In this document: positions 29,278-41,380 of the stretch, in pieces
How the letters are laid out: each line of letters starts with the position of its first letter
How positions within the stretch are numbered: position 1 is the first letter of the stretch
DNA from: Naegleria gruberi
Lineage: Eukaryota
Reading direction: 5' to 3' (one strand)
Assembly (NCBI GenBank): GCA_000004985.1
Contig: GG738893.1
DNA length: 64,000 nucleotides
Notes under the pieces: generated by a model
Databases searched by the model: none
What the model was told of the DNA's origin: nothing
Seen by the model: the letters and a program-made list of their open reading frames with translations, nothing else
Position numbers and translations under genes: made by a program

Positions 29278-30873
29278 TCAAATCTGTGAAATAGTACTTT
29301 GAGCCACATAAGTCTCTTTAAGAAAATTCTGGATTTTCTTCGATTTTTGTTTCAATCTTGTGAACACCTCTGTCAGAGTCAACAGTGTCTCACAAATCAC
29401 CTGATCAAACAAGTTTTTTGGTGGACAATGATCAATACTACTCTTTTCACTGGCATACAATTTTGCCAAAATATCATTTCTCTTTGTAGGAAGTGAAGGA
29501 ACATTCAACTCATTGAGAGCACCCTCACTGAGATAGTTTCCAACAATTTTCTTTGCTGAATTGGTAATCCTTTCTCTGTGTCTGGTCACAATATTAGTTT
29601 TGAGCAATTCATTCTCCTCTTTGTAATTGTAATAGCTCTGAACTTGTCTTTTGAAAGATTGAACATCCTTGTAGAATAGAACACCTTCTGGACAATAGGA
29701 TCTCCTTGAAAATTCCAATAAGAGTTTACACATCTCATCATTATTCAGGACAAGTTCAATTTCACTCTCGAAAAGATTTTCTCCCTCAACAGAATCGTCT
29801 AAAATTGCCCTAATTACAGGAATTAGAACTGAAACAATTATTTCCACAAATCCTCCAATCATGACTGAATAACTATAAGGAATGATATGAGTCAAGACTT
29901 GAGTTTCAAATACCTGAGAGCAAACAAAATAAACTATTGTGAGTAAACTCCTCAAAATTGCCAACAGAATAGTTTCAACCTTAATAGAAAAAGTATCTCG
30001 ATCAGATCTTAACGAAATCAACACAATCAGCACATCAATAGCAGAATAGAAAAACATTAAACTCGTCAATATGATACTCGGTAAATTAGTGATATAACAT
30101 CCACTCACACTGAAAATACTTCCAGTTTTCATAAAGAAACGATTCGAAGCATAAAAATTGTCCTCCACAATTCCAACCAGAAACCAAACTACAATGTGAA
30201 TCAATAAAACAAGTCCATAAATTCCAATAGAAAACCATAAACTTTCCATTTTCTGATTCCACCAAATTAATCGTTGCAGAATTCGTTCATTCCAACCACT
30301 ACACAGCACTGATTCATCACTTTCAGTTTTTCTCGAATCGATTGACATTCTGCTAACATCACTTCGAATTACAAACTTTTTTCGAAAATTAATTAGATAG
30401 TTCATGTAATGTTTCCATCCTCTCACAATTGAGGGCAAATTAATACAAGGACCCAACATGAAAAACAACAAGGAATATAAGAAACAAGGAAATAAACTCC
30501 TTCCCACAACAAATCTCAAAGCACTCACGACATTGAAATAGAAATTTGTGCCCAACAATAATAAACACAATGTAAATGACCTAGCTCTGATATGAGAGGA
30601 TTTTCTCTTCCATATTAATCCAATGAGAGTAATGCAGAATATGGAAATATAACAGAATAGATAAACTCCAGAAAATATTGGCATGACAATGGTATCAGGG
30701 CATTCCATGTTTAAAGTATTATTCGAATCTGATTGATACCTCAAATTAATGGGAAACCATGAAGGACACTCTGAGTACGATAAGGATGTCCCATTGAGGT
30801 TGCTTTCCGTAATATTTTCATTTATGTTGTCAATAATTGAAAGCACAAGAAACTCTTCAATTGTTTGTTGCAT
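29278..30873 (-). CDS. Seven-transmembrane receptor with a C-terminal RGS domain (7TM-RGS, 531 aa)
   Basis: Single minus ORF from the track. It has about 7 hydrophobic helices in the first 340 aa. The C-terminal region reads EMCKLLLEFSRRSYCPEGVLFYKDVQSFK...IVGNYLSEGALNELNV...LFDQVICETLLTLTEVFTRL. Its hydrophobic pattern suggests an RGS box, assigned by eye. Confidence 0.6.
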   Translation of the reverse strand: MQQTIEEFLVLSIIDNINENITESNLNGTSLSYSECPSWFPINLRYQSDSNNTLNMECPDTIVMPIFSGVYLFCYISIFCITLIGLIWKRKSSHIRARSFTLCLLLLGTNFYFNVVSALRFVVGRSLFPCFLYSLLFFMLGPCINLPSIVRGWKHYMNYLINFRKKFVIRSDVSRMSIDSRKTESDESVLCSGWNERILQRLIWWNQKMESLWFSIGIYGLVLLIHIVVWFLVGIVEDNFYASNRFFMKTGSIFSVSGCYITNLPSIILTSLMFFYSAIDVLIVLISLRSDRDTFSIKVETILLAILRSLLTIVYFVCSQVFETQVLTHIIPYSYSVMIGGFVEIIVSVLIPVIRAILDDSVEGENLFESEIELVLNNDEMCKLLLEFSRRSYCPEGVLFYKDVQSFKRQVQSYYNYKEENELLKTNIVTRHRERITNSAKKIVGNYLSEGALNELNVPSLPTKRNDILAKLYASEKSSIDHCPPKNLFDQVICETLLTLTEVFTRLKQKSKKIQNFLKETYVAQSTISQI

Positions 30874-31587
30874 TCTTTTTGTTTTGAAGAGATAATAATC
30901 AAAGAAAATGATTGAGCATGATTGTTGTTTATTGATCCGAAAGTGACCAAAGAATAAAGTGGATTGGTTCTGATGGATTACGGCAATAATATTCTTATTC
31001 GAGAAAATTACGAACCGCTCAAACAGTTCTCAAAAATCTGTGTTAGATTGCAGTAATGGAAGAATAAGAAAGACCTTTGGTTTGGTGCATGTTCTCTAGG
31101 CAGTGACTCTCTCAATTTATTGAGAGCATTTGAATCAGAACACTTATTAAATTTCTTGTGTTCATCTTCGATATGAACGAAGAACTGGCTTCCTTCTTTT
31201 CTTTTGTCATCTCATCTCGTAACAGACACAGACCACCTTAGAGTGTTTGGAATAGGGAAGTGTTTCAGATTAGTTTGTTAGAAATTTCAAATGCAACATG
31301 GTAAGATAACCTACCCCCTAATTACTACGCTAAAGATGACAGAGGAACTCATTACAAAGTGTTGTTAACCAACACCTATTTATTATCTAGTTTCAAATAT
31401 TTGGTAGTTGGAACACGTAAACAATTTACATCATTATTTGTTAAACCAGAGAGAACAAGCCTTTGCACACGGAAAATGAAAAATAAAATTAGATTTTGAT
31501 CAAGTTCAACCTACAAGCAAAAATCATTGATGGCCTATAAATACACTACGCAGAGACACATCATCTTAAAAAAAATAAATCAAATAA

Positions 31588-34080
<2,493 letters not shown>

Positions 34081-34427
34081 TTCTGTTAAATAAAAAAAGT
34101 AAATATAATTCTTAAATAGGTCATAATTGTAATTTTCACTTCTCATTGTAAAAATTCTGTCTTGGATCATACTAGAAATCACCATTTCAAACAAGAATTT
34201 TTAACAATAACAAGCTCAATTTTTATCTTAATAGAGCGAAGATCTGCACTTCCATACAATTTGTTTAAATTAATGATTGATGTGGAATGCTCAGAGAATT
34301 TTTGTTTCGAAATTTTCCAACATTATAAAAATATTTCAAATTATTGTGTAGTGATACAGCAGATTTTCATTTATTTACAAAATCAACTCTTCTAGAAAAT
34401 CCTTAAATCTGTTCTTGCTAAGAAGAT

Positions 34428-35543
34428 TTACTTCTTATAGGTATCAACTTTCTTTGGTGGTTGATAAACATCAACTTTGGAACAAACTCTTTCCTTCTTT
34501 GCGCAAATACTCTTATCAGCATGCTTTCTACAGACCTTCTTTCCACCAACAAAGTTATACTTGGCACAGACCTTATAACCTTTAGATTTCTTAACACAAA
34601 TCTTCTTATGAGATCTCTTGATACATCTTGCCTTCAAAGTCTTGTATTGAGTACAATATGGCTTGGCAGCATAATCACAACAGAACTTATCTTCTCTGAA
34701 TGCCTTACAAACTCTAACCTTTTCTTTGAGATCACAGAATTTGCTTGGAGTCCACTTGGTACAGAACTTGGCCTTTTCCTTCTTGATACAGAATTTGTTT
34801 CTAACAAATTTAACACACTTCTTTTCGTAACCAATCTTTTTGGCGAATTTGACATTTTCATATCTGGTACAGGTCTTTCTCTTGGCATAGGCAACACAAA
34901 TGGTGTGATATTTCTTTTCCAAAATTTGCTTATAATAATGGTCAATCCAACCCTTATAATGTTTCTTACTAACTGGAACCCATTTTTGAACAGTTCTTGA
35001 GAGTTTCTTATACTTGGCACAATAGGAATGAACAGAATACTTGGCACATCTCTTCTTATGATAATACTTAATCTTTGGAACGTAGGTTTCTTCAACACAT
35101 CTAGCCGAATGTCCATACTTTTTACAAATGAAATGATAAGCATACTCATCACATGCATTATTCTTTCCGTGATGTTTACACAATTCCTTCCATTCATACT
35201 TGGCACACATCTTGTGTTTAGTTACTTTAGTACAGAATTGTTTGTAACCATGACCCAAACAAATCTTTTCATTCTTACTATACTTATCACACTTGTGAAG
35301 TTTCTTATATTCTAAACATTTACCCTTTCCAACAAGTTTCCAATCGCAGCATTCCTTCTTGGTACCAATCCATTCATAATCAACGCATTTACCTTGAATA
35401 GTTTTGTAATGAGTACACTTATTGTAACAATATTGTTGATGATCAGCGTAGGTATCAGTTGGCTTGTTACCCATGACAACAATGGCGGAGAGAGCAAGCA
35501 AAGTCAATCCGAGAAGGATTGGTTTGAGAATAGACTGTTTCAT
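34428..35543 (-). CDS. Secreted Lys/Cys/Tyr-rich tandem-repeat protein (371 aa)
   Basis: Minus ORF from the track. It has an N-terminal signal peptide MKQSILKPILLGLTLLALSAIVVMG. Then come about 25 degenerate repeats with an 11-14 aa period of the form C-x-K-Y-x4-6-C (CAKYEWKELCKHHGKNNACDEY..., CAKYSVHSYCAKYKKL...). It is about 17% Lys and about 13% Cys. Confidence 0.55.
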   Translation of the reverse strand: MKQSILKPILLGLTLLALSAIVVMGNKPTDTYADHQQYCYNKCTHYKTIQGKCVDYEWIGTKKECCDWKLVGKGKCLEYKKLHKCDKYSKNEKICLGHGYKQFCTKVTKHKMCAKYEWKELCKHHGKNNACDEYAYHFICKKYGHSARCVEETYVPKIKYYHKKRCAKYSVHSYCAKYKKLSRTVQKWVPVSKKHYKGWIDHYYKQILEKKYHTICVAYAKRKTCTRYENVKFAKKIGYEKKCVKFVRNKFCIKKEKAKFCTKWTPSKFCDLKEKVRVCKAFREDKFCCDYAAKPYCTQYKTLKARCIKRSHKKICVKKSKGYKVCAKYNFVGGKKVCRKHADKSICAKKERVCSKVDVYQPPKKVDTYKK

Positions 35544-35799
35544 ATTGAGTCAATTAGAATCAATTAGTTTTTTTAATGTTTCGAATAGTTTAGAGACAAG
35601 GTTGAGATTTAAAGATTTTGAAACTGATTTCAGCAGTCAACCTTATTTGGACTAAGAGCCAAACCATTATCAATCTAAACAAGTGATACAGGTCTAATCA
35701 ACTATCTGACCCTGTTTCGTATATTAATCTATTGGGTTCATATTTAAAGTTGGAAATTTATTTGGAAAATGCATTGAATGAAACTTTACATTTTTGAAG

Positions 35800-35966
35800 A
35801 TTTGGTTTCTAATGAGATGTTATTGTAATAAGAAATGTTTCGAGTAATTACATCTCATTAGAAACCAAATACATTATCTAATGAGATGTTATTACTCTTA
35901 TTGTAATAAATACTCGAATGAGATGTTATTACAATAAGAGTAATAAGAAATGTTTCGAATGATTGT
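35800..35966. repeat. Nested inverted/direct repeat block in the divergent promoter between the genes starting at 35543 (-) and 35987 (+)
   Basis: A perfect 21-bp inverted repeat, atttggtttctaatgagatgt (35800..35820) and acatctcattagaaaccaaat (35850..35870), flanks a 29-nt spacer. There are three direct copies of (c/t)(t/g)aatgagatgttatt at about 35808, 35878 and 35916. The segment ttattactcttattgtaataa (about 35889..35909) recurs inverted as ttattacaataagagtaataa (about 35927..35947). gtaataagaaatgtttcga occurs twice (about 35825 and 35942). Confidence 0.6.
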
Positions 35967-35986
35967 AAAGTTGAAACTTTAAAAAA

Positions 35987-37681
35987 ATGGAATCACCACT
36001 AAAGAAGAAGAAATTACATCATCACAATGATGAAGAAAATATTCAAATAATGAATGAACAAGATGATGAAAATGTTAAAATAATATTATCAGATTCTTTA
36101 TACGAAAGTAAACTATTCTCCAATTTACAAAATCAATTCGGAGGAAGAAAATTTAAAGAAATCCAATCCGAACACACATATATTGATCACATTCGCTTCA
36201 CACACGATGTTAAATGTATTCGAACTTGTCCAAAGAAGAAAAATTTACTCCTTCTCCACTATTCTAAAGAACTTTCCATTTATGATTTGGAAAGCAAACA
36301 AGAAATTAGAAACATTCACTTTAAAACAAGTGAAGATTTTGAAATTGATGATCAGGGAGATTTCATCTATTACATTACTAAAGAAGATTATTTAACAAAA
36401 TCTTCCTTATTAGACGAAAGAAGTAAATTAAACACAATTTGGGAAGAGAAGATTAATTATCAAACTTTTATATTTTGTGAATCAAAGAATGAAATTTATG
36501 TAATTGATCATTTTAATACTGAATTTGTAATGATTCATGTATTGGATGTATCAAATGGGGAATTAATTAGGGAAATTGTCTTTCCTATTATGAATTTGAT
36601 TACTGAATGTGATGGTGGACATTTAACTCATGAAATTAATCAATTTTACTATGATGAAAATGGAGGAAGATTCTATCTAGCTTTTGAATCAGTTCTAGTT
36701 GATGATGAAGATTCAGACGATAAAACTATTCATTCTCTTTATGTATTTGAAGAAAAGATTGGTAAAACTAGTAAGATTCATATTAATTATTTAATTTCAA
36801 TGATTGGAATTTTACAAGAGAACTATTTCTTTTGTTTAGATGAATGTAGAAATGTGCATATTTATTCAAAGAATACAAATGAATTGAAAAATTCATTTAC
36901 AATGAATAGTACTGCTCAATGTATTTATTTTGACATGTCAACCAATAGATTATTCCACAAAACAACAAGATGTATTGAAATATTTCAATTAAATATTATA
37001 ACAAAGAATGAGAGTTTTCCAATTAACAGAGAAATGTGTCAAGCTATCAAGAGATTGGGAGGCGAATTTCCACAATATCTTTCACAACATCATCAAGTAC
37101 CAAACACTGTAAATTTCTTGAGGAATATTAATTTCAGAAATACGATTTTGAAATTTGTTGACAATGAAATTAAGGAACATTTCAGTTTAAAAGAATTACT
37201 ATGTAATTCCAATATAGATAATGTGCCATGGGGATATTTAAAACAGCAAAAGTGTTGGTTATTTGTGATTTTTGAGGAGGTTTCGAATATCAATGACTTT
37301 CCAATTTACCTTTGCTCTAGTAAGGATCGACAAATACTGTCAAGAACATACACATTTTCAGAATTTCTCTCTAAATGTACACCAGTTGAACAAGTTTCAG
37401 TTTTAGAACAGGAATATCTCATTGATTTTCATAGTATCTATCAAAATTTATTACAAAAAGGTATCATTCATCCACAAACACGTAAAATCGACCCTAACAT
37501 TCTATTAGCCAAGTATAGAGAAATGGTTTGTAAAAATATTCACATAATCGAGTTGAGAAATCATTTTCAATACTCAACCATTAAATTGGAAAATACTGAA
37601 TATACAAAGATGGATTTAATTGTGGCAGCTGAACGAATTTACTCTGATGCAACAATACCACAATCATTTATTATTGAATAA
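35987..37681 (+). CDS. Hypothetical protein (564 aa)
   Basis: ORF from the track with the ATG at 35987. It has an N-terminal poly-K/H stretch, MESPLKKKKLHHHNDEEN. No assignable domain. Confidence 0.5.
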   Translation: MESPLKKKKLHHHNDEENIQIMNEQDDENVKIILSDSLYESKLFSNLQNQFGGRKFKEIQSEHTYIDHIRFTHDVKCIRTCPKKKNLLLLHYSKELSIYDLESKQEIRNIHFKTSEDFEIDDQGDFIYYITKEDYLTKSSLLDERSKLNTIWEEKINYQTFIFCESKNEIYVIDHFNTEFVMIHVLDVSNGELIREIVFPIMNLITECDGGHLTHEINQFYYDENGGRFYLAFESVLVDDEDSDDKTIHSLYVFEEKIGKTSKIHINYLISMIGILQENYFFCLDECRNVHIYSKNTNELKNSFTMNSTAQCIYFDMSTNRLFHKTTRCIEIFQLNIITKNESFPINREMCQAIKRLGGEFPQYLSQHHQVPNTVNFLRNINFRNTILKFVDNEIKEHFSLKELLCNSNIDNVPWGYLKQQKCWLFVIFEEVSNINDFPIYLCSSKDRQILSRTYTFSEFLSKCTPVEQVSVLEQEYLIDFHSIYQNLLQKGIIHPQTRKIDPNILLAKYREMVCKNIHIIELRNHFQYSTIKLENTEYTKMDLIVAAERIYSDATIPQSFIIE

Positions 37682-37909
37682 ATAATTGATAATTGTAGAC
37701 GAATCCACAATTCGAATTGAAATTAATATCTAGAAATGTTTATTGTAAAAACTCCAGTTGTACATCAATCATAAAACGCAATATCAGCAACTGGAATGAG
37801 AAAGTGTTACATCAAGTAAACTTGTAAATTTAAGTTTAGAATAACTTTTGCATTTAGAGGTGGAGATGAAACGTCTGGGTTGAGTGAACAACACAGAAAA
37901 AAAAATAGA

Positions 37910-39525
37910 ATGCAATCCATTGATGCAGCAGTATCAATCGTGTTGGATAAAACACCATCCAGCCCAAATCTAAAACTAAAGTATGCCCAAGAATTAGAAA
38001 TCAAAAAGAAACAATTCGAATATTTGCAAGATTTATCAGAATGTAAAAAGGAATGTATTCACTATTTTATAGATGAATATCCCATTCCGTATCCTGATGA
38101 TAGAAATTTCATATTAGAAATAGCCAAAAATAATCCTGAATCTATTGGAAAGTTACCTAAAGTTTATTTGAACAATGTTGAATTTGTAAAGTTTTGTCTT
38201 GATAATGATTGTTGGGATTCGTGGACATCAATTCCAGAAGAATGTGAAGAATATATTGAATTGGTGAAAAAAGCTGTATTCAAGTATGCCAATATGTATG
38301 GCTCACTTTCTGAAAATGTCAAAAGTCAAATCGATCCAAAAGAAATGATTGAACATTGGATGCACCTTCCTGATGTTAACCGTCAAACTATCCGATATTG
38401 CCAACAAGAACATTTGCAACATCTCGACAGACAAACACTCAAAGAATTTATTCAAAAAGATTTAACACCAAATATTTCGCATCTCAATTTTCCAATGATA
38501 GAGAAATAGCTCTCTTACTAATCAAACAGAGAAGATACTTTGCCATTGAGATGAAATCTGATTTCAATTGGAAAGAAGATGAAGAAGCATTCGATGCCTT
38601 ACTTTACTCAAAGAATAATTTAGAAATAGTTGGAAGAAAACCAGCTTATTATTCAGTATTGCAATGTGCACCTCAATTCTTTGATGATAGAGAGTTTGTG
38701 ATGAGAATTATCGATCATGATCCGAGTTCGTATTTAAAGTGCTCTGACAGATTGAAAAATGATAAGGAAATTGTACTGAAACTTCTTTCTAAAAATGGAC
38801 AATTGATTGGTAATATTCCGCAATGTTTAAAGGATGACAGAGATATTATTAAGGCAACTCTATCGTCATATTCAGGATACTTTAATTATTTATCAGAAAC
38901 TTTTAAAATGGATAGAGAATTAGTTTTAATTGCTTTGAGAGCACCTAAACCTTTTTTTGGAGCTCAAACAGTTGATAAGAGTTTTTACAATGATCCAGAA
39001 ATAATAGACTTGATTATAAGATCAGGTTATATTGAAAAGATTGATGATTTTTCAGATTTCACAGTAGATCAAATTAAGGATTGTGTTGATTCCAATACTT
39101 ATACGCCAGAGCTAAAAAATTACTTTAGAAATGCATCATTTTCTGATTGTCTGGAAGTTATAAAACACAATCCAAGTAGTTGGACTTATTGGGATGGTTG
39201 TCAGGACTGTCCGTTCATAGATGAATTGGTTTTGACCTATATCCAACATTTGAATCCAGATTGGTATTGTTTGCCTTACAGTTATCAATTCAAAAGCATT
39301 GAACAATTCAAGAATATTATTCGATATGATGTGAATGGTGAATTTTTACTTTGTAATGCACCAAAGGATGCATTGAATGATAGGGAAATTGCAATGCACT
39401 ATGTAAAATGCCGTCCGAAAACTGTTTTTCCGGAATTAAGCCCAGAAATGCAATCTGATCCAATTATTAGAAAGGAGGCAATCAAGAATGGATTATTGAA
39501 TGCAAGCTTTATTCCATTGAAATAA
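37910..39525 (+). CDS. DUF4116-type repeat protein, interrupted by an apparent 1-nt frame disruption near 38455
   Basis: ORFs 37880..38509 (frame 2, with the first ATG at about 37910, MQSIDAAV) and 38398..39525 (frame 1) overlap. Both carry the same roughly 35-aa repeat, for example NDREIALLLIKQ, DDREFVMRIIDHDPSSYLKCSDRLKNDKEIVLKLLSKNGQLIGNIPQCLKDDRDII, DRELVLIALRA and DREIAMHYVKCRP. The frames can be joined across the A5 run at about 38455-38459 (...LKEFIQK/RFNTKYFASQFSNDREIAL). No GT-AG intron is visible there. Confidence 0.5.
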
Positions 39526-39616
39526 TTATCAATTTATTGACCCTAATAATTGTGGTGTTGGTTGAATAAATTTAAACAATACCAGTAGAATGATAATTCC
39601 ATTATGAATACGATAA

Positions 39617-40648
39617 TTATTTAAATTTAGCTATGTATTTGGAGCGAGCAACCAACAATTCACCACATGTTTCATCCAAACATATTCCAGAAACATCCTC
39701 ATCAATTAAGTGCTCCATTACAATTTCCAAGTCACTCTTCCTTAAAACTAAAACTAGATTAGTAAGTGTACTAGTAAGGATGATATACTGTTTCGAAGAG
39801 TCATAAACCATTGCATAAAATCGAAATGGTTTTGGTAACTCTTTTGATTTGATAACTTTGAGTGATGGTACTGATTTGTTTTCATCATCTATTTCATGTA
39901 ATTCCAATTGATATAGAATAACCTCATCACCATATGGAATTATCACCTCATCACCAATCACTAACAATGAAAATGCCCCATATTTAATTTTGGAATTGAC
40001 ACTTTCCTCATTTCCATTTTCACAATTAAATAAAGTTAAATAATCTGTAAAATTATCAACAACTATCAAATATCGTTGTGAGTTTGTTTTGAAAATATCA
40101 ATTCCAAATGCATTCACATTGGTTTCCTTACTCCACACAACACAATCTTCCCAACTACTACATCTCAATAATGGACCCAATCTAAACTTGACAATTTTAG
40201 TCTTTGTTGGCTCTTCACTATGATCCGTATAAATCAAATACAATTCATCATTCACATCATCCATTACTGAAACTAGAGCACCATGAAAAGTTACTTCATG
40301 AATCAATGAATTACAATTTCTATCAAAAATTTCAAATTTCTCATAAGTAATAACTAAAATACAATTGTACCGATATGAAATCTTAATATCCACATAATCT
40401 TCTGAATTGGGCAAGCCAATAGATCCAGAGTTTTTAAAATTATACGAAAATGGAACAATTCGTGGTTTTTTAAACATCTTCCGAAGCCATTCAAATTCTT
40501 TTGATATTAATTCTTGTGAGTGGCAGTGATGATCATCAATTTTCTCATCATGATCATTCGATTTGAAATCAATCAGAGAAACAATTACATTACATTCATC
40601 TTCAAACATTTTTTTTAAAATTAAATTGTAAATTCTGAAAACAACCAC
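39617..40648 (-). CDS. Hypothetical protein (343 aa)
   Basis: Minus ORF from the track, beginning with an ATG. No assignable domain. Confidence 0.5.
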   Translation of the reverse strand: MVVFRIYNLILKKMFEDECNVIVSLIDFKSNDHDEKIDDHHCHSQELISKEFEWLRKMFKKPRIVPFSYNFKNSGSIGLPNSEDYVDIKISYRYNCILVITYEKFEIFDRNCNSLIHEVTFHGALVSVMDDVNDELYLIYTDHSEEPTKTKIVKFRLGPLLRCSSWEDCVVWSKETNVNAFGIDIFKTNSQRYLIVVDNFTDYLTLFNCENGNEESVNSKIKYGAFSLLVIGDEVIIPYGDEVILYQLELHEIDDENKSVPSLKVIKSKELPKPFRFYAMVYDSSKQYIILTSTLTNLVLVLRKSDLEIVMEHLIDEDVSGICLDETCGELLVARSKYIAKFK

Positions 40649-41094
40649 ACAAATTATATCAGCAATGTGTTGTTTCGTTCTTGCATCGAGTTCATTTTAG
40701 TGTATTGTTGCTGCTTTTCTTCTTATTACTTTCTCATATTTTATGAGAATTTTAAAAAAAAAAATTTGATTTGCTAGCTCGGAAGTTCAAAATGCAATTT
40801 TGACAGGTAGGAAACCTCAGGTGTGAAGTGTTGCAATCATCACTGATGATATTGATTGTTTTAATATGAAAATCAAACAGTTGTGATGAAATTACATTGG
40901 AGAAACAGCACTATTATTTTTTTAAATTCACAACAGCAAGGAATTTTGAGGTGGTTGTCATCATTGATGATTTACTTTTTAAATAGAAAAGATGAAGATA
41001 CCATCTTTTCAGAATATAAATTAGGCATTTGTAGGAAGATTATTAGGTATAAAAATAAGGAAAACTCAGTGAGGAAAAATAATTGGAAACAAAA

Positions 41095-41175
41095 TTGCAG
41101 AAGGTGGGATTTGAACCCACGAAGCTTGCGCAGTAGAACTTGAGTCTACCCCCTTTGACCACTCGGGAACCCCTG
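41095..41175 (-). tRNA. tRNA-Leu (anticodon CAA), type II with a long variable arm
   Basis: The reverse complement reads GCAGGGGTTCCCGAGTGGTCAAAGGGGGTAGACTCAAGTTCTACTGCGCAAGCTTCGTGGGTTCAAATCCCACCTTCTGCA. The acceptor stem is GCAGGGG/CCTTCTGC with 2 G-U pairs. The anticodon stem is GTAGA/TCTAC, with loop CTCAAGT. The T arm is GTGGG-TTCAAAT-CCCAC. There is no encoded CCA. Confidence 0.85.
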
Positions 41176-41380
41176 CTTACATTAACACTTTTAAAATCAA
41201 TTTTATGTTGTTAAATCTCGCTGCAACAAAGGCAATTACTTTTAGGTTCGTGTTTGGTGAACGTACCAATGATCTCATTGTTATAAATGGCTAATTTCCT
41301 TCATCTAATTGATAAGTTCATTACAATTTATGCGATTTGTGACATTAGATTAGATCTGTCTTTACTCAACACTTAAAAAA

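Noticed and set aside
34461-35315. Plus-strand ORFs (179 aa, 95 aa) overlapping the K/C/Y-rich gene
   Set aside because: They are antisense to a gene that has a clear signal peptide and a periodic Cys pattern. Their composition (L/F/N-rich) is the mirror of a Lys-rich sense strand.
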